From Octopus sinensis (lineage: Eukaryota), in assembly GCF_006345805.1 (NCBI RefSeq), contig NC_042997.1, positions 100,564,001 through 100,628,000 of the forward strand: DNA of 64,000 nucleotides, written 5' to 3'. The notes under the pieces were generated by a model. The model was not told where the DNA came from. It saw only the letters and a program-made list of their open reading frames with translations, and made no database searches. Positions 51,592 to 63,539 of the stretch are shown here, in pieces (within the stretch, counting starts at the first letter, position 1; each line of letters starts with the position of its first letter). The position numbers were made by a program, and so were the translations under genes.

Positions 51592-51724
51592 GTAAGTTAA
51601 CGCCTTCAATTCACTACATTACATGCAATTATAAGATTCATAAATTAAGGAAAAGAATATGTAAAATGTATATTTATATTGTAACAAAATATGAAAATAT
51701 AATAATGAATTCTTTGGAGTATGT

Positions 51725-52250
51725 CATCATCATCGTTTAGCATCCGCTAACATGGGTTGGATGATTTGACTGCGGGCTGGTGAACCAGATGGCTGCACCA
51801 GGCTTCAATCTTGATCTGGCAGAGTTTCTACAGCTGGATGCTCTTCCTAACGCCAACCACTCTGAGAGTGTAGTGGGTACTTTTACGTGCCACTGGCACG
51901 GGGCCAGTCAGGTGGTACCATCAATGACCTCGCTCGAATCTTTTACACATGCCACTGGCACAGGTGCCAGTAAGGCGATGCTGGTAACGATCATGCTTGG
52001 ATGGTGCCTTTTTATGTGCCACCGGCATGGGGGCCAGATAGCCGCTCTGGCAATGATCACACTTGGATGGTGCTCTTAATACCCTACTAGCACGGGGCTC
52101 GAGTGCCAGTAAAGCGACACTGGTAACGGTCACACTCGAATGGTTCCTTTTATGTGCCACTGGCATGGAAGCTGGTTAGCTGCTCTGTCAACGATCACAC
52201 TCGTATGGTGCTCTTTGCACCCTGCTAGCACGGATGCCAGTCATCGAATT
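51725..52250 (-). mobile_element. Family C retroposon repeat with an expanded internal tandem array (~6 units of 60-72 bp)
   Basis: (CAT)n tail and the family C body, followed by units starting TTTTA(C/T)GTGCCAC(T/C)GGCA. Confidence 0.8.
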
Positions 52251-52285
52251 TGATTTTGATATTGATATCTATTTATAATTAAGTA

Positions 52286-52826
52286 CAATAAATACCTTGA
52301 TAAACAAGTTAATTTGTTCCTGGAGACCACTCATAAAGTGGAAAATTGTTAAGCAGAGCAATAATTTCCTATAGTAGCAATGTTATAAATTGTAATTTGT
52401 TCCCAGAAAAATATTTTACCTATAAAATTTTAAATACTCGTAAATAAATGGTAATAAAACAGTAGAATGTAAAGAATATTTTATGTAGAATAAAAAGAAT
52501 GTCAAGATAATTTATAATAAAAAAAGAATATAACCGTTTTCTGAATCACTTTCACTCGCACTAGACTCATGCAACCATCACTCGTAGACAGAATTGCCAA
52601 TTCATAAGCACTTGTAGACAGACTTATAGATTTCTTTTTAAAAAGCAAGTCTAGAGTTGTTTGCTTAGAAGAAGCTATTTTTCGCTCTCTATAAATTTCT
52701 CTGCAGAAGCATTTGTTATGGTAGTAGAAATTTTGTGCTTCATTCAAAATTTAGATCTTGTGCTTGAAAAATTTCTAAAAGAATAAAACTCATAGACCTG
52801 GGGTCTTATAAAGTGAGGTATTACTG
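52286..52826 (-). mobile_element. Tigger-type non-autonomous element with a transposase C-terminal remnant
   Basis: TA TSDs and CAGTAATACCTC-like TIR. ORF piece CFCREIYRERKIASSKQTTLDLLFKK resembles the Tigger C-terminus. Confidence 0.7.
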
Positions 52827-54699
52827 TATAAAAGTTGTAACATTTTCAGTTTTGCTGAGGGACATGTTAGAGGAAAGAAACAGTAAATTTTGGGCAATTT
52901 AAGCAGTGTACAAATAAACAATTTGCTTTAAAAGTAATGCATTCGGATTACTCTGCCAAATCTAATGCTTATTTATTCACATTGTTTTGAATTAATTATG
53001 CATTATCTCATGATTTCAAGCTTTTAATGATGTGATTGTTTTTAGAATGACATTGTAAGGTAGGTGTGAGAGGATGGCTCTGGTTGATTTAAATGTAGAA
53101 TATTTGGGTTAAATGTTCCCAGTTTAAATGCTAAAGAATTAAGTTACAAAGATATAATGTTAAAGGTATTACTTACCTGAGGCTTATTACTCATTTTGTT
53201 TAATTTTTTTCAATTTGTAATCTGACATTGTTTGTAGTTCTGGATTGCAGTGTGTCAAAGTAGGGTTTCACAACCTACAGTACCCATCAGTGGGTGACAT
53301 CAGCTCTTGGGTGGGTAGTGAGAAAATATAGAGAAAATAGTGGACAATTTTGAAATTTTGATGGGTAGTTTGGAATTTAAAGCGTTGTTATAGAAAAAAT
53401 TTGAATTACCTGATTGTACAACCATCTGTGCTCCCCCTGTGGCTGTATTGCAGTTATTTTCTTGATAGAGCTTGGTGATCCTGACTTCTGAACTTGTAAA
53501 AGTGAGGTGACAGAAATATTAGCACACTGGGTGAAATGCTTAGCGGTTTTCGTTTGCCTCTACATTCTGAGTTCAAATTCCACCATGATCGATTTTGCCT
53601 TTCATACTTTCGGGGTTGATAAATTAAGTACCAATGTAATTGACTAGTCCCCTCCTCCCAAATGTCAAGCCTTGTGCCTTTAGTATTATTATGGAAAACA
53701 TTTGGTCGAAGATGGTACTTGTTCTTTGTAAAGAAACTCCTATACGTATATTCTGAACTTCATTCGATGAGTATGTCACCATCCTGTTCCATTATTACGA
53801 ATTTGAATCAAGAGCTTGAGTCATACTGAAATTTTTATTAGCTGATTGCACAACCATGGGTACTGCCCCTATAGATGTGTTGCAGTTATATTCTTGATAG
53901 AACTTAGTAATCCTGACTTTTGATCTTGTAAGATTCTTCCATACAGCATAAATGTAAGAAGCACTGTTGGCTTACTAGAGCTCTTCTGCTACCTCTTCAC
54001 AATTTGTCATGACTTCACCAATCTTCCATGACTTCACCTTATCTCTGGTAGGGTGGCTAAGCAGGTGCTATACCTTGCCAGAGGGCAACCTGTAACTATG
54101 CAGGTCATGGTCATCATTCAACGTGGCATTTTCAAGATACCTGCATATCTGCCAGTATACTGAATAAATTAACCAAAGTGTCTCTCTTTGGTCTGTATTT
54201 AGCAAAACCAAATTTAACAAAACTAAAAATAGCACTACTACAATAATGAAATCTTCATTATTATTTTGATGCCTACTTATCTATGTTTGCATAGATCTAA
54301 CAAGACTTTTATTTTATTGATGAGACAAAATTTTCTAAAGTCAGATGCCCTTCATCAACATACCTTGTTTCCAAGCATGGTAATGATACCCTAATATTGA
54401 ACAATGAACAAGTTGAACCTGGACATGCTTTCACAGTGAACTACAGTCTAATGACACCATTTATATGAATGGTGAAAATTTTATTTGCAATCAGTGCGCA
54501 AATAAAGACAAGGGAGAATTCATACACTCCTGCACACAAATATACACTCCTACATCATTATCATTTAATGTCTGTCTCCCATGCTAACATATGTTGCATG
54601 ATTTGAAAGAATATGATGAGTTGGATGACTGTCATTCTCCCCTGGCATGTTTTCTGTGGTTGGTTGTTCTTAATGCCAACCACTTTACAGAGTGGTTTA

Positions 54700-54930
54700 A
54701 AGGTGGCGAGCTGGCAGAAACGTTAGCACGCCGGGCAAAACGCGTAGCCGTATTTTGTCTGCCATTATGTTCTGAGTTCAAATTCCGCCGAGGTCGACTT
54801 CGGCTTTCATCCTTTCGGGGTCGATAAATTAATACCAGTTACGCATTGGAGTCAATGTAATCGACTTAATCCCTTTGTCATTGTTTGTCCCCTCTGTGTT
54901 TGGCCCCTTGTAGGCAATAAAGAAATAAAG
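54700..54930 (+). mobile_element. tRNA-derived SINE, family D, young copy
   Basis: GGTGGCGAGCTGGCAGAAACGTTAGC...GAGTTCAAATTCCGCCGAGGTCGACTT..CTTTCATCCTTTCGGGGTCGATAAAT. CpGs are intact. Diverged copies lie at 24700, 25710, 43770, 43980, 53510 and 55060. Confidence 0.85.
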
Positions 54931-55313
54931 ACATAACTTTACAGAGTGCAGCTTTTGACATAAAAGTGGGTGATGCTGCTAAAAATGGTTGGGAAACTCT
55001 GTTCTAGTGGCTTAATAGTAAGATGAATCTAATGTTGAGTGTAAGTTTTGTTTTGGCTGTGAGCTGACAGAATCATTAGTACACCAGGCAAAGTGATTAG
55101 TATTTTGTCTGTCCTTATGTTCCGAGTTCAAATTCTGATGAGGTCAATTTTACTTTTTGTTTTTCAGGATCAATAAAATAAATACTAGTTGAGCACTGGG
55201 GTTGCTGTAATCTACTTAACCCATTGCCTAAAATTGCTGGCCTTGTGCCAAAATTTGAAACTAATATTATCGTCATTGTTTTATATAAAAAAAAATATTT
55301 GCTTTGTTTACAG

Positions 55314-55394
55314 AAACTCTTAGTTCGATTTCCATTTTTCAAAAGACCTATCTCTGATGGCAGTTCCATTGATTTTATTGATGACAGTGATGAT
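55314..55394 (+). CDS. CDCA7: CDCA7-like gene exon (last one confidently found in the window)
   Basis: ttgtttacag acceptor, gtaagt donor, 27 codons, phase 0-0. KLLVRFPFFKRPISDGSSIDFIDDSDD. Confidence 0.72.
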
Positions 55395-55899
55395 GTAAGT
55401 CCTTGAAAAGTTTAATATTTTATATGAAGTGTTTATTTTGAAATATGTACAAAAAAAATGTATGTTGTGAAAGCATGATTTTTAGCTTCAATAATTACAT
55501 AATACAATAGTTCTCAAACTGACAACATCACGATTTGTGAAAGTATTTTGCCTTCCCAGCTTATTAATCCAATCATATTGTATGGAGAAAGTTACCTCCC
55601 TTGGTAACAAAATTCACCACAGACCACCACACAATCGAAATAAAATAGGCATCTCTATAATTTTTTGCTTGCCACAGTATTGGACAAGTTCCATCATCAC
55701 GAGCATCCTTTAACGTTCATTTTCTATGCCTGCATGGGTTGGACAGTTTGACCAGAGATGGCAAGCTGGAGAGCTGCATCAGGTTCCAGTCTGATTTCGC
55801 TTGGTTTCTATGACTGGATGTCCTTCCTGACGCCAACTACTTTTAAACGTGGCATTGGCACAAGCGCTTTTATGTGGAACCGTTTAAAACCATCTTAAT

Positions 55900-56245
55900 T
55901 TAATCAAATACGACAATTTGTCTGCTTCTTTTTCAATTTTCACGCCTGTTGCAACACCTTTTTGTATAAGTTTTACTCTTCATTTGAATGCACCTATGCT
56001 AAAATCATTTTTTTCTAAAGAAATTTTCATTTTCAAGGGAGCTAACTTTGCTAACACATCATGTTTATGATTATATATATGTATATATATCGCTAGCCAA
56101 TACACACATTTTTTTCTCTTTGTTTCTTTCTGTGGAGGAGCGTAGGCTCGAAACATTAAAGACTTTTTCAATTCCCGAGCGTTATCTGTTTGTTTTCTAC
56201 TCCACTTGTCTTCGTCTTTTGTTTTTTTTGTGAATTCTCCCTATA
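55900..56245 (+). mobile_element. Penelope-like element terminal (pLTR/3') fragment with a hammerhead-like motif
   Basis: TCTTT-CTGTGGA-G-GAGC-GTAG-GCTC-GAAAC-ATT-AAAGA at 56125-56162, followed by a T-rich tail and a (TACA)n/(TA)n microsatellite. This arrangement is typical of PLE ends. Confidence 0.55.
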
Positions 56246-57082
56246 CATACATACATACATACATACACACATATATATATAAACTGTTGAGTGACAGATT
56301 ATGAAATAAGTGTACTGTTATCTATCATCATGACGTTTATTTTTGATCATTTTCCAATTTCTATAATTTGAAGTAAAAAGGTATTTGTCTTTTGTAAACG
56401 TTTATAGTTTTAAATATTTGTGGAAAAGATTGGCAGAGGAACATAAATCTTCATCAGAATTACTTTCGAACATGCTACAAATCGGATACAAATTTTGTTT
56501 TATTTTGTAAATAGCATTATATTAATTTTGTAATGGCATATTAACTTTAAATAAGTGCTTATTAAAAAAAAAAAAGAATTGTAGATGGTTCGTTTTATTG
56601 TAGTATCAATTTCATTTTAGAATATGTTGCTGTTAGTTTATATCTAGTTTACCATGCTTGAACTTAAGTAGTTTTTGAAACTTTTTGTTTACAAATTGCA
56701 GCAATTATTTTTGAAGTTAGATAACCATTCTAGAATAGGAAGTTAAGACAGAGTTATGCCCCTTAGACAGTGCTAAAATTCTAATAGACAACCAATATGT
56801 TGAGAAAAGAGGTAAAAAAATTAAATGCTTCAATGCTAGGATTCACACCCGTTTACCTCCTGCTATATTTACCACACCATTTTCCTCCTGCTGTATTTTC
56901 TTTCAGTAATTTAAGTTTATATTTCTACCATAAGAAAGCAACTGGTAAAGGAAATATACAATACTGTTTTTAAACATTTTAAGCTTAAATAATAACATTT
57001 TAAAATTGTACATAAAGTCATTTCATTTGAACAGATGCCAACATCATATAGTGTTTTGAATTAGACTATGAGAAATAATATG

Positions 57083-57800
57083 CCCTTTAGTGTTCAAACT
57101 GGCCAAAACCTGCTGTATCCAAAAATCGCTAAAAAAAATCAATCACATTATTGAATTCTCATAGCTTTGAGATACTTTCCCACCTTTATTCAAGTATAAA
57201 TACTGTGAAGTTTAGACCACATGGTTTTTTTCAACGTTTGAAGAGAAGTCTGTACCTTAGTTTTTAATGAAATGGCGTCTGCAAGTAGTGATTCCAACTT
57301 TGAAGGTTTTACTCTTGACGATATAGAAAATATAAATGAAAACGAGTATTTTGACTTTGGATGAATCTGATACCAATATTAGTGAATTGTCGCCGGATGA
57401 AGATTTTGAGAACGGAAGTGATGAAAATGATATCGTAAACATGGCAAGATGGTCAAAGATTACAACACCAATCACTATTCCTGATTTCACAGAAAACATT
57501 GGTCCACAACACAATTTACCTCCTGATGCTCAACCATCGGACTATCTATTTTTACCGGAAAGTTTTTTTGAAAATGTTATGGAGAAAACAAACAAATATG
57601 CGCAATGTATAATTTCTATTCATGGAAGAAACGATCTACTATGGCAGCCAACTTATACTGCGGAAATGAGAGCGTTTTTCAAAATAAATATTATGTTTGG
57701 TGTTAAACAGCTTCCTTGAGTGTGGAACTACTGGAGTCCTGATATAAGGTATGGTGGTCCATATATCTCAAGTATAATGTTGAAGACAAGGTATGGGGTG
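57083..57800 (+). mobile_element. piggyBac transposase 5' remnant (left TIR plus disrupted ORF), truncated
   Basis: CCCTTTAG start. WSKITTPITIPDFTENIGPQHNLPPDAQPSDYLFLPESFFENVMEKTNKYAQ...WQPTYTAEMRAFFKINIMFGVKQLP*VWNYWS matches PGBD/DDE_Tnp_1_7. Confidence 0.82.
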
Positions 57801-58461
57801 GGGGTGTACACTCTCACCATCAAAACATGATGGTGGTATTTGCTGATAGCATTTTACTGAATTATGTGCACGTGGTTTTGTTTATAGTGGTCATTGCTTG
57901 TGCAGCACAATGCGCACCCTCTCCATCAAAAAAGCATTTACCTGTACTGGTGTGCCACATGCCAGGTGCTAAATTGATTGCAGATTTGAGATTAAAGTGG
58001 CCTTCTAGTGTAGTTGCTTAAAAGTTACAGAGCCCAGACTGCCTTATGAGTAAGTAGATGTTGATAGTACACATCAACTGAGGGGAGTGTCAGCAACCAC
58101 AAACCCGGTTTTATATCAGAGCTTTCCTTCGGGATGGGTTGCCCTCACCATGGCTAAGGAGCCCCATCTACCCCAAACATATATATAAATATAAAAAAAG
58201 ACAAAAAAAACTCTAAAAATATGTGAGATTTAACAACATAAATAAGATATATAAAGCAATATATATATATGTACACACATTTTTTTGGATGACTGTTGAC
58301 TACTCATGAGTTCCTCTGCCCTTTGACAGGCTTTGTCTTTTGTCCCGCAGGGTTTCTAACACCCTCCTCACCAAGCAAGCTCAGTGGGGTTGCCAATTTA
58401 GTTGCCAAAGACTCAACCATGCAACAGGGTGTAGTATTATACACACACAAACAAACACTTA

Positions 58462-59321
58462 CAGGGTGCAGTGAATAAATTGTCTAAATTACACAAAAAT
58501 GAAAATAACATTGGCATCTCATTTTAACAGATATGTTTACCAAAATTACATAAAAATATATTGAAACACTAAAGAGTAAATTTATTCAACAAAATCGCCA
58601 TTGGCTTCAACTGTGGCCTCCAGACTTCAGAATCTGCAACTCTTCTGGATAGTCTCCTTGTTTAAGCTGGTGAATGTTGCCATAGTCTTTGCCTTCAGTT
58701 CTTCTTTGGTGTTACAAGGTGTTTTGTTGGTCTCTTGCTTAACTGTGCCCCACACATAATAATCATGTGCTCTCTTGGGAGTTAGGTGGCTAGATGTTAG
58801 GAGTGATGTGATTTCAGAATTTGTCAGACAGCCATGACCGGGTTCTTCTACTTGTGTGGCATGGTGCAGAGTTCTGGCGCTAGACATAGCGTCTTCCAGC
58901 AGCCACACTCTTGACCCAGGGCAGTACTACCTCCTTGAGGCAGGTGATGTAGGCCTCTGTACTGAGTCTGAAGCCATGTGGGAAGATGAATGGTGGCATT
59001 GCATCATCACTAGTTATCACTCCAAACACCTTTGTAATCACAATTAGACTTATCCAACTCTTTCCGAATCCTCTTGAACGTCCTCAGATTGGTACCCAAA
59101 CATTTGGAAATGTTCGTATTGGAGCTTCCAGTGCAAATGCCAAGCAATACAGCATGTTGTTTCCAAATTTCTGGCAGAGTGAATTGTGTCATGGTGCAGT
59201 TTTTCTCACAGATGGTGCCCAACTGACCCTACTACTCAGTGTAGTTGACAAAATCAAAGATGAATAATGTGCATGTGAGAGGTTAACAATATATAATGGC
59301 AACAATTTATCCATCATGCTC
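58462..59321 (-). mobile_element. Internally deleted maT (DD37D, Tc1/mariner superfamily) element
   Basis: TA-flanked TIRs (CAGGGTG...ATAAATTGT). Fragments MTQFTLPEIWKQHAVLLGI..., DSAPCHTS...WL...PPNS...DYYVWGTVKQETNKTPCNTKEELKA...RLEATVEANGDFVE. Confidence 0.8.
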
Positions 59322-59817
59322 TATCATCATGGTTTGACAAGATCCTATGAGCCAGAGAAATGTTGTGCTCCAATGTCTACTTTGGCATGATTTCTATGGT
59401 TGGATGTCCAACCACCATACAGAATATATTGGGTGCTTTTTTTATAGCACTCGTTGGTAAGGTTACCAAGTAAATCAGAAAACCAGGCTCCTTGACAAAG
59501 CAAGGCTACAGTATTGAGGGAAGTGGCTTAGTGTCAGGCGTTGAAAGGCAAAGTATGATTGAGGGCAGGAGTAGGGTCACACACACACACACACACACAT
59601 GATATTTCTCATGCCTGATAATATTTGCTTTGAAATCATTACTTCTTGCTTGTCCCACAGCATTTTAAGCTATTTTTGTTCATTGTAACAGAGGTACTAA
59701 ATATAAACAGAATATGTCTGTGTATTGTTAATATATACTGTTTTTTAATGTTAAAATTTTTAATTGTTAATATATACTGTTTTTTAATGAGTGCTAATAG
59801 GGACATGGCCAGTTTAG

Positions 59818-60034
59818 CCCTTTAGCAATTAAACTGGCCATATCCAGCCAAAATATTCCACCTGCTTTATCTTCAGACTGTCTGATCTGGCCTTTCACAC
59901 CTACCCTACAGTGCCATTTTACAAATAAACAATCACATCATCAAAATCTCAGAGTTATGAAATAATGCATGATTAATTCAAAATGATGTGAATACATAAA
60001 CTTTACATTTGACAGTAATCTGAATGCTAAAGGG
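59818..60034. mobile_element. piggyBac-type MITE (CCCTTTAGCA family)
   Basis: TTA(G)|CCCTTTAGCA ... TGCTAAAGGG|TTAA. Confidence 0.8.
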
Positions 60035-62114
60035 TTAAGGTAAACTCTACAAGCATGGAAATGTTGCCAACCAGACCATTTTGAAATGCATGCAGAGCTA
60101 TGAAACCATTCTGCTTGCATGTGTTCACTGCCTGTTGGTTGTTGATCTCGCTATCAGCTCAATGCATTGTAAAGCACGTCCCACTGCTTTCTTCTGTCTG
60201 GGAAGGGCAGGTGGTCAGCCTGTATCTGTTTTGTGGATTTGTGGAAAGTGTTTGTGCAGTGGTTGAAATTAAAAGGGATAGAGACTGGCACCTTTCTGTT
60301 TGGTCAAGCACTTCTCAGCTTTTGCAAATTTCATTTGAAAAGGAAAATAAGAGTGGACAAGTAAGTGTTGCTTCGCAGTAAATTTATTGAAAGGTGGACT
60401 AACGCTGGGTCATAGTGCTAGTGCATGCATATACAGCAGCATGCATGCGCACATACACGTGAGTACTGTCCAAATCTCCGACCAATCACATACAGCTTGC
60501 TGGCATTCAATTGGTATATCAAGTTTCGGGCATTTTGATTGGGTTTTGGATAGAAAATTCACAAAAAAGTCACTTCTATTGATTTTTTAATGGCTTTGCA
60601 GGGTGACTGGGAAAATGTAAAGATGTGCACGACCATCCTTGGACAGTTTTGAATGACCATAGAAAGTGCGAACCCTCTAACTGAAAAATTGTGGATTTGT
60701 ATAAAGGACACACACAGACATTTTGCTGGTTATATATATAGAGATGCCTTTACATTCTTTTTTTTTGTTCCACTGGTCTTCAAAAGTGCAGTGACCAGTT
60801 TTAATGATAGCAAGGAATGTAAACATATTATTCAGTTGGTGACAAGCATAGTTGTGGAATGTCACATTTGCGCACATACGCATGCATGTAGACGCACATA
60901 CACACACACCTATATGGTTTCTATTCCATTGACAATGCATTGGTTGGCCCAAAATGTTACACCATGGAACTGAATCCAAAACCATATGGTAGCAAATGAA
61001 ACTTTTTAGCTACACAAATAGTAATAATAATAATTATGATTTAATGTCCCTGTTCCTTGTTGGCATGGTGTAGATGGTCTGGTAGGATCTGATGGGTCCG
61101 AAGGCTGCATCTGGCTTCAGTGTCTATTTTGCATGGCTTCTATAGTTGGGTGCTCATCCTAAAATGTCAACCTCTTTACAGCATGAACTGGGTGTTTATT
61201 ATGAGGCATTAGTGAGGTCACGATGCAGCCTGTAAGACTAAGATCCCTTTCAACTGAGTAGGGCTGCAGTAAAGAGAGTGAGAGAGAGAGAGATAAACAA
61301 CTGGATAGTTTGGAATAAGTAGGGAAGAGAGAAGAGTAGGTAACCAATGAGACATGTATTGTTAGGGAAGGGGCAGGTAGGAGAGAGATCACTGACTGCA
61401 GAATAAAATGTGAGTGTACGACTGAATAGCTAAAAGTACCTTTAATTAACTACCAAAATTTATAACACTCATATACATATATATATATACATGCATACAC
61501 ACACATAAATATATAAGTATATATATGTAAACAGACATGTGCAAATACACACACCTATGACATTTGTTAATTTATTGATCAGTTCATTGTTTTTGTAAAG
61601 AACAAACTATTTTTTAAATGGCTCAGAACTGAACTAACACAGGTGTTCAATTGTTTGATTTAATTAGCACAGTAGAACAAGGGTAACTACTGAAGTATTC
61701 AAATTACCATAGCTAGTTAGTACATTCCCAATTATAGGCCAATATTACTGAAAGCTGTCTACAAAGATGACGTAGAGGTACTTCTCGAGAGAGAACAACA
61801 ATGAACGATTGACATCATTGGAGTCATGGTTTTAATAATAAATAATGAAATTGCAATGGAGTTATATTTTAATTTTCCCTTTACTTTGGTACTGCTGATC
61901 AATATCTCTAAGATAACCATAGATACTTCCTCAAGTGAAATCTAATTTACTTTTGTTGAAAAGGCTTTTGAAAGTTGGGTTTTATATGAGAATACAAAGT
62001 GCGAGTTAATTTCGTGGTAAATAATTCTCTTGTGATGTAGCAATGGATGGATACTTCCAAGGAGGAAATGGTTTGAGAAGACGTCAGATGGTTAGGATTT
62101 TATAAGATGGTATA

Positions 62115-62772
62115 CGAGGGGAAGTCAAAAATTATCCTCACTTTCACCATAACATATTTTTATTATTGTCACGTTACCTTCTGCGCATGTGTGCTTATAG
62201 TTGGTACTATTGTGGTCATATGATCGAAGCTTGAGCCTGATCGTGTCATTTTTCTTTCTGGCTTTACAATGTAAGCATGGCTGTTCCACTAGCAATGTAC
62301 ACCAAAGAAGAACAAAGAGCAGTGATCTGAGAGATGGTAATGGTGAACTGATTCACCATTACCATCTCTCGAGATTGCTGAATCTTCTTGGTGGTGGTTG
62401 ACAGGCATCCTGCTCCCTCTTTGTGCGTCATGATTGTCCGGCCACTTTTCAACTTCTCGATCCACTCATACACACTTCTATGCGGTAGTGCAGTCCCTGT
62501 ATTATGCTGAAAGCCTCTGATGAATTTCAGCACCTGACGCACCTTTCGACCAGAGAAATTGGATCACTGCTCTTTGTTCTTCTTTGGTGCACATTGCCAG
62601 TGGAGTGGCTATTGCTTACACTGTAAAGCCAGAAAGTAGAATGGCATGATCAGGCTCAAACTTTGATCATATGACCACAATAGTGCCAACTATAAGCACG
62701 CATGCGCAGATGGCAGTGTGACAATAAAGACATGTTATGGCAAAAGTGCGGAAAATATTTGACTTACCCTTG
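62115..62772. mobile_element. Fold-back mariner MITE made of two inverted 5' ends
   Basis: TA TSDs. Both arms carry the TIR, the 5' UTR and the start MA.PLAM.TKEEQRAVI. A 19-bp perfect hairpin marks the turning point (62329-62370). Confidence 0.88.
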
Positions 62773-62896
62773 TAGAATGTACTAAGGTACTGTACTGCAG
62801 TGATGATGATCTAAAGTACATTTTCAGGAAAAAAAAACTGAAATACTTTTTTTAATTAGCTTATTGAACAATCCTACCTTGTGTGAAATTTATATA

Positions 62897-63130
62897 TCTT
62901 TATATATATAAAACTGAGAATGTGTGTCTGTCTGTGTTTCCCTAAAACTTGAGAACTACACAACCAATTTCATTCAAATTTTACACATGCCTTACTTAGG
63001 GTCCATGTAGTTTCATGGGCAAAAAAAAAAATGTTCAACTTCTTGCCTAGAGCGAGCCCATAGCAATATCATATCTTCTCCACTATTTCAGTATTACGTG
63101 TTAAAAGTGAAACAAAAATATTTCTCTATT
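62897..63130 (+). mobile_element. Helitron-type 5' end fragment
   Basis: A|TCTTTATATATATAAAACTGAGAATGTGTGTCTGTCTG. The 3' end was not located. Confidence 0.6.
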
Positions 63131-63480
63131 TTATGTCAGATGCTTTCACTTTAACAATAAAAATAATAATAATTGAATTATATGTAGTAAGTAATAATTA
63201 AAATCAAACTAAAGTATAATATAATCGTAACATACAGAATTAAAAATAGCAATTGGTATAAAATTGCATCAATGGGTTTCACATGAATAGGAATAAATTA
63301 AGAATAAAATTAGCGTGCAGAAATGGAATAGTCCAGATGGATAATAAAAAATTAAATTAAAGAAAAGACTATTGTCTATAAAGTATACAATGTAGAGAAA
63401 AAAAGAAGAGCTAACAATTGAGTATTGTTATCACTAGCGATATCAAGATATAACTTTGTATTTTGCATTTTATGTGTAGA

Positions 63481-63515
63481 CTAGCTGAAGGTGACCCGCT
63501 CTACGCGTGGGTAAG
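63481..63515 (-). mobile_element. Helitron-type 3' end fragment
   Basis: Minus strand CCCACGCGTAGAGCGGG hairpin followed by CTAG|T. Confidence 0.6.
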
Positions 63516-63539
63516 AGTGTGGTTGTTACTTTCTGTTGC

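Noticed and set aside
51880-52245. CRISPR-like repeat array
   Set aside because: Units are degenerate along their whole length with no unique spacers. The array lies inside a eukaryotic retroposon and no cas genes are present.
53170-53181. U1 snRNA 5' end ACTTACCTG (also at 20170)
   Set aside because: It is only the reverse complement of a splice donor. No U1 body follows.
53430-53450. CTCF-like motif GCCACAGGGGGAGC (minus)
   Set aside because: Several mismatches to the core consensus. Not distinguishable from chance.
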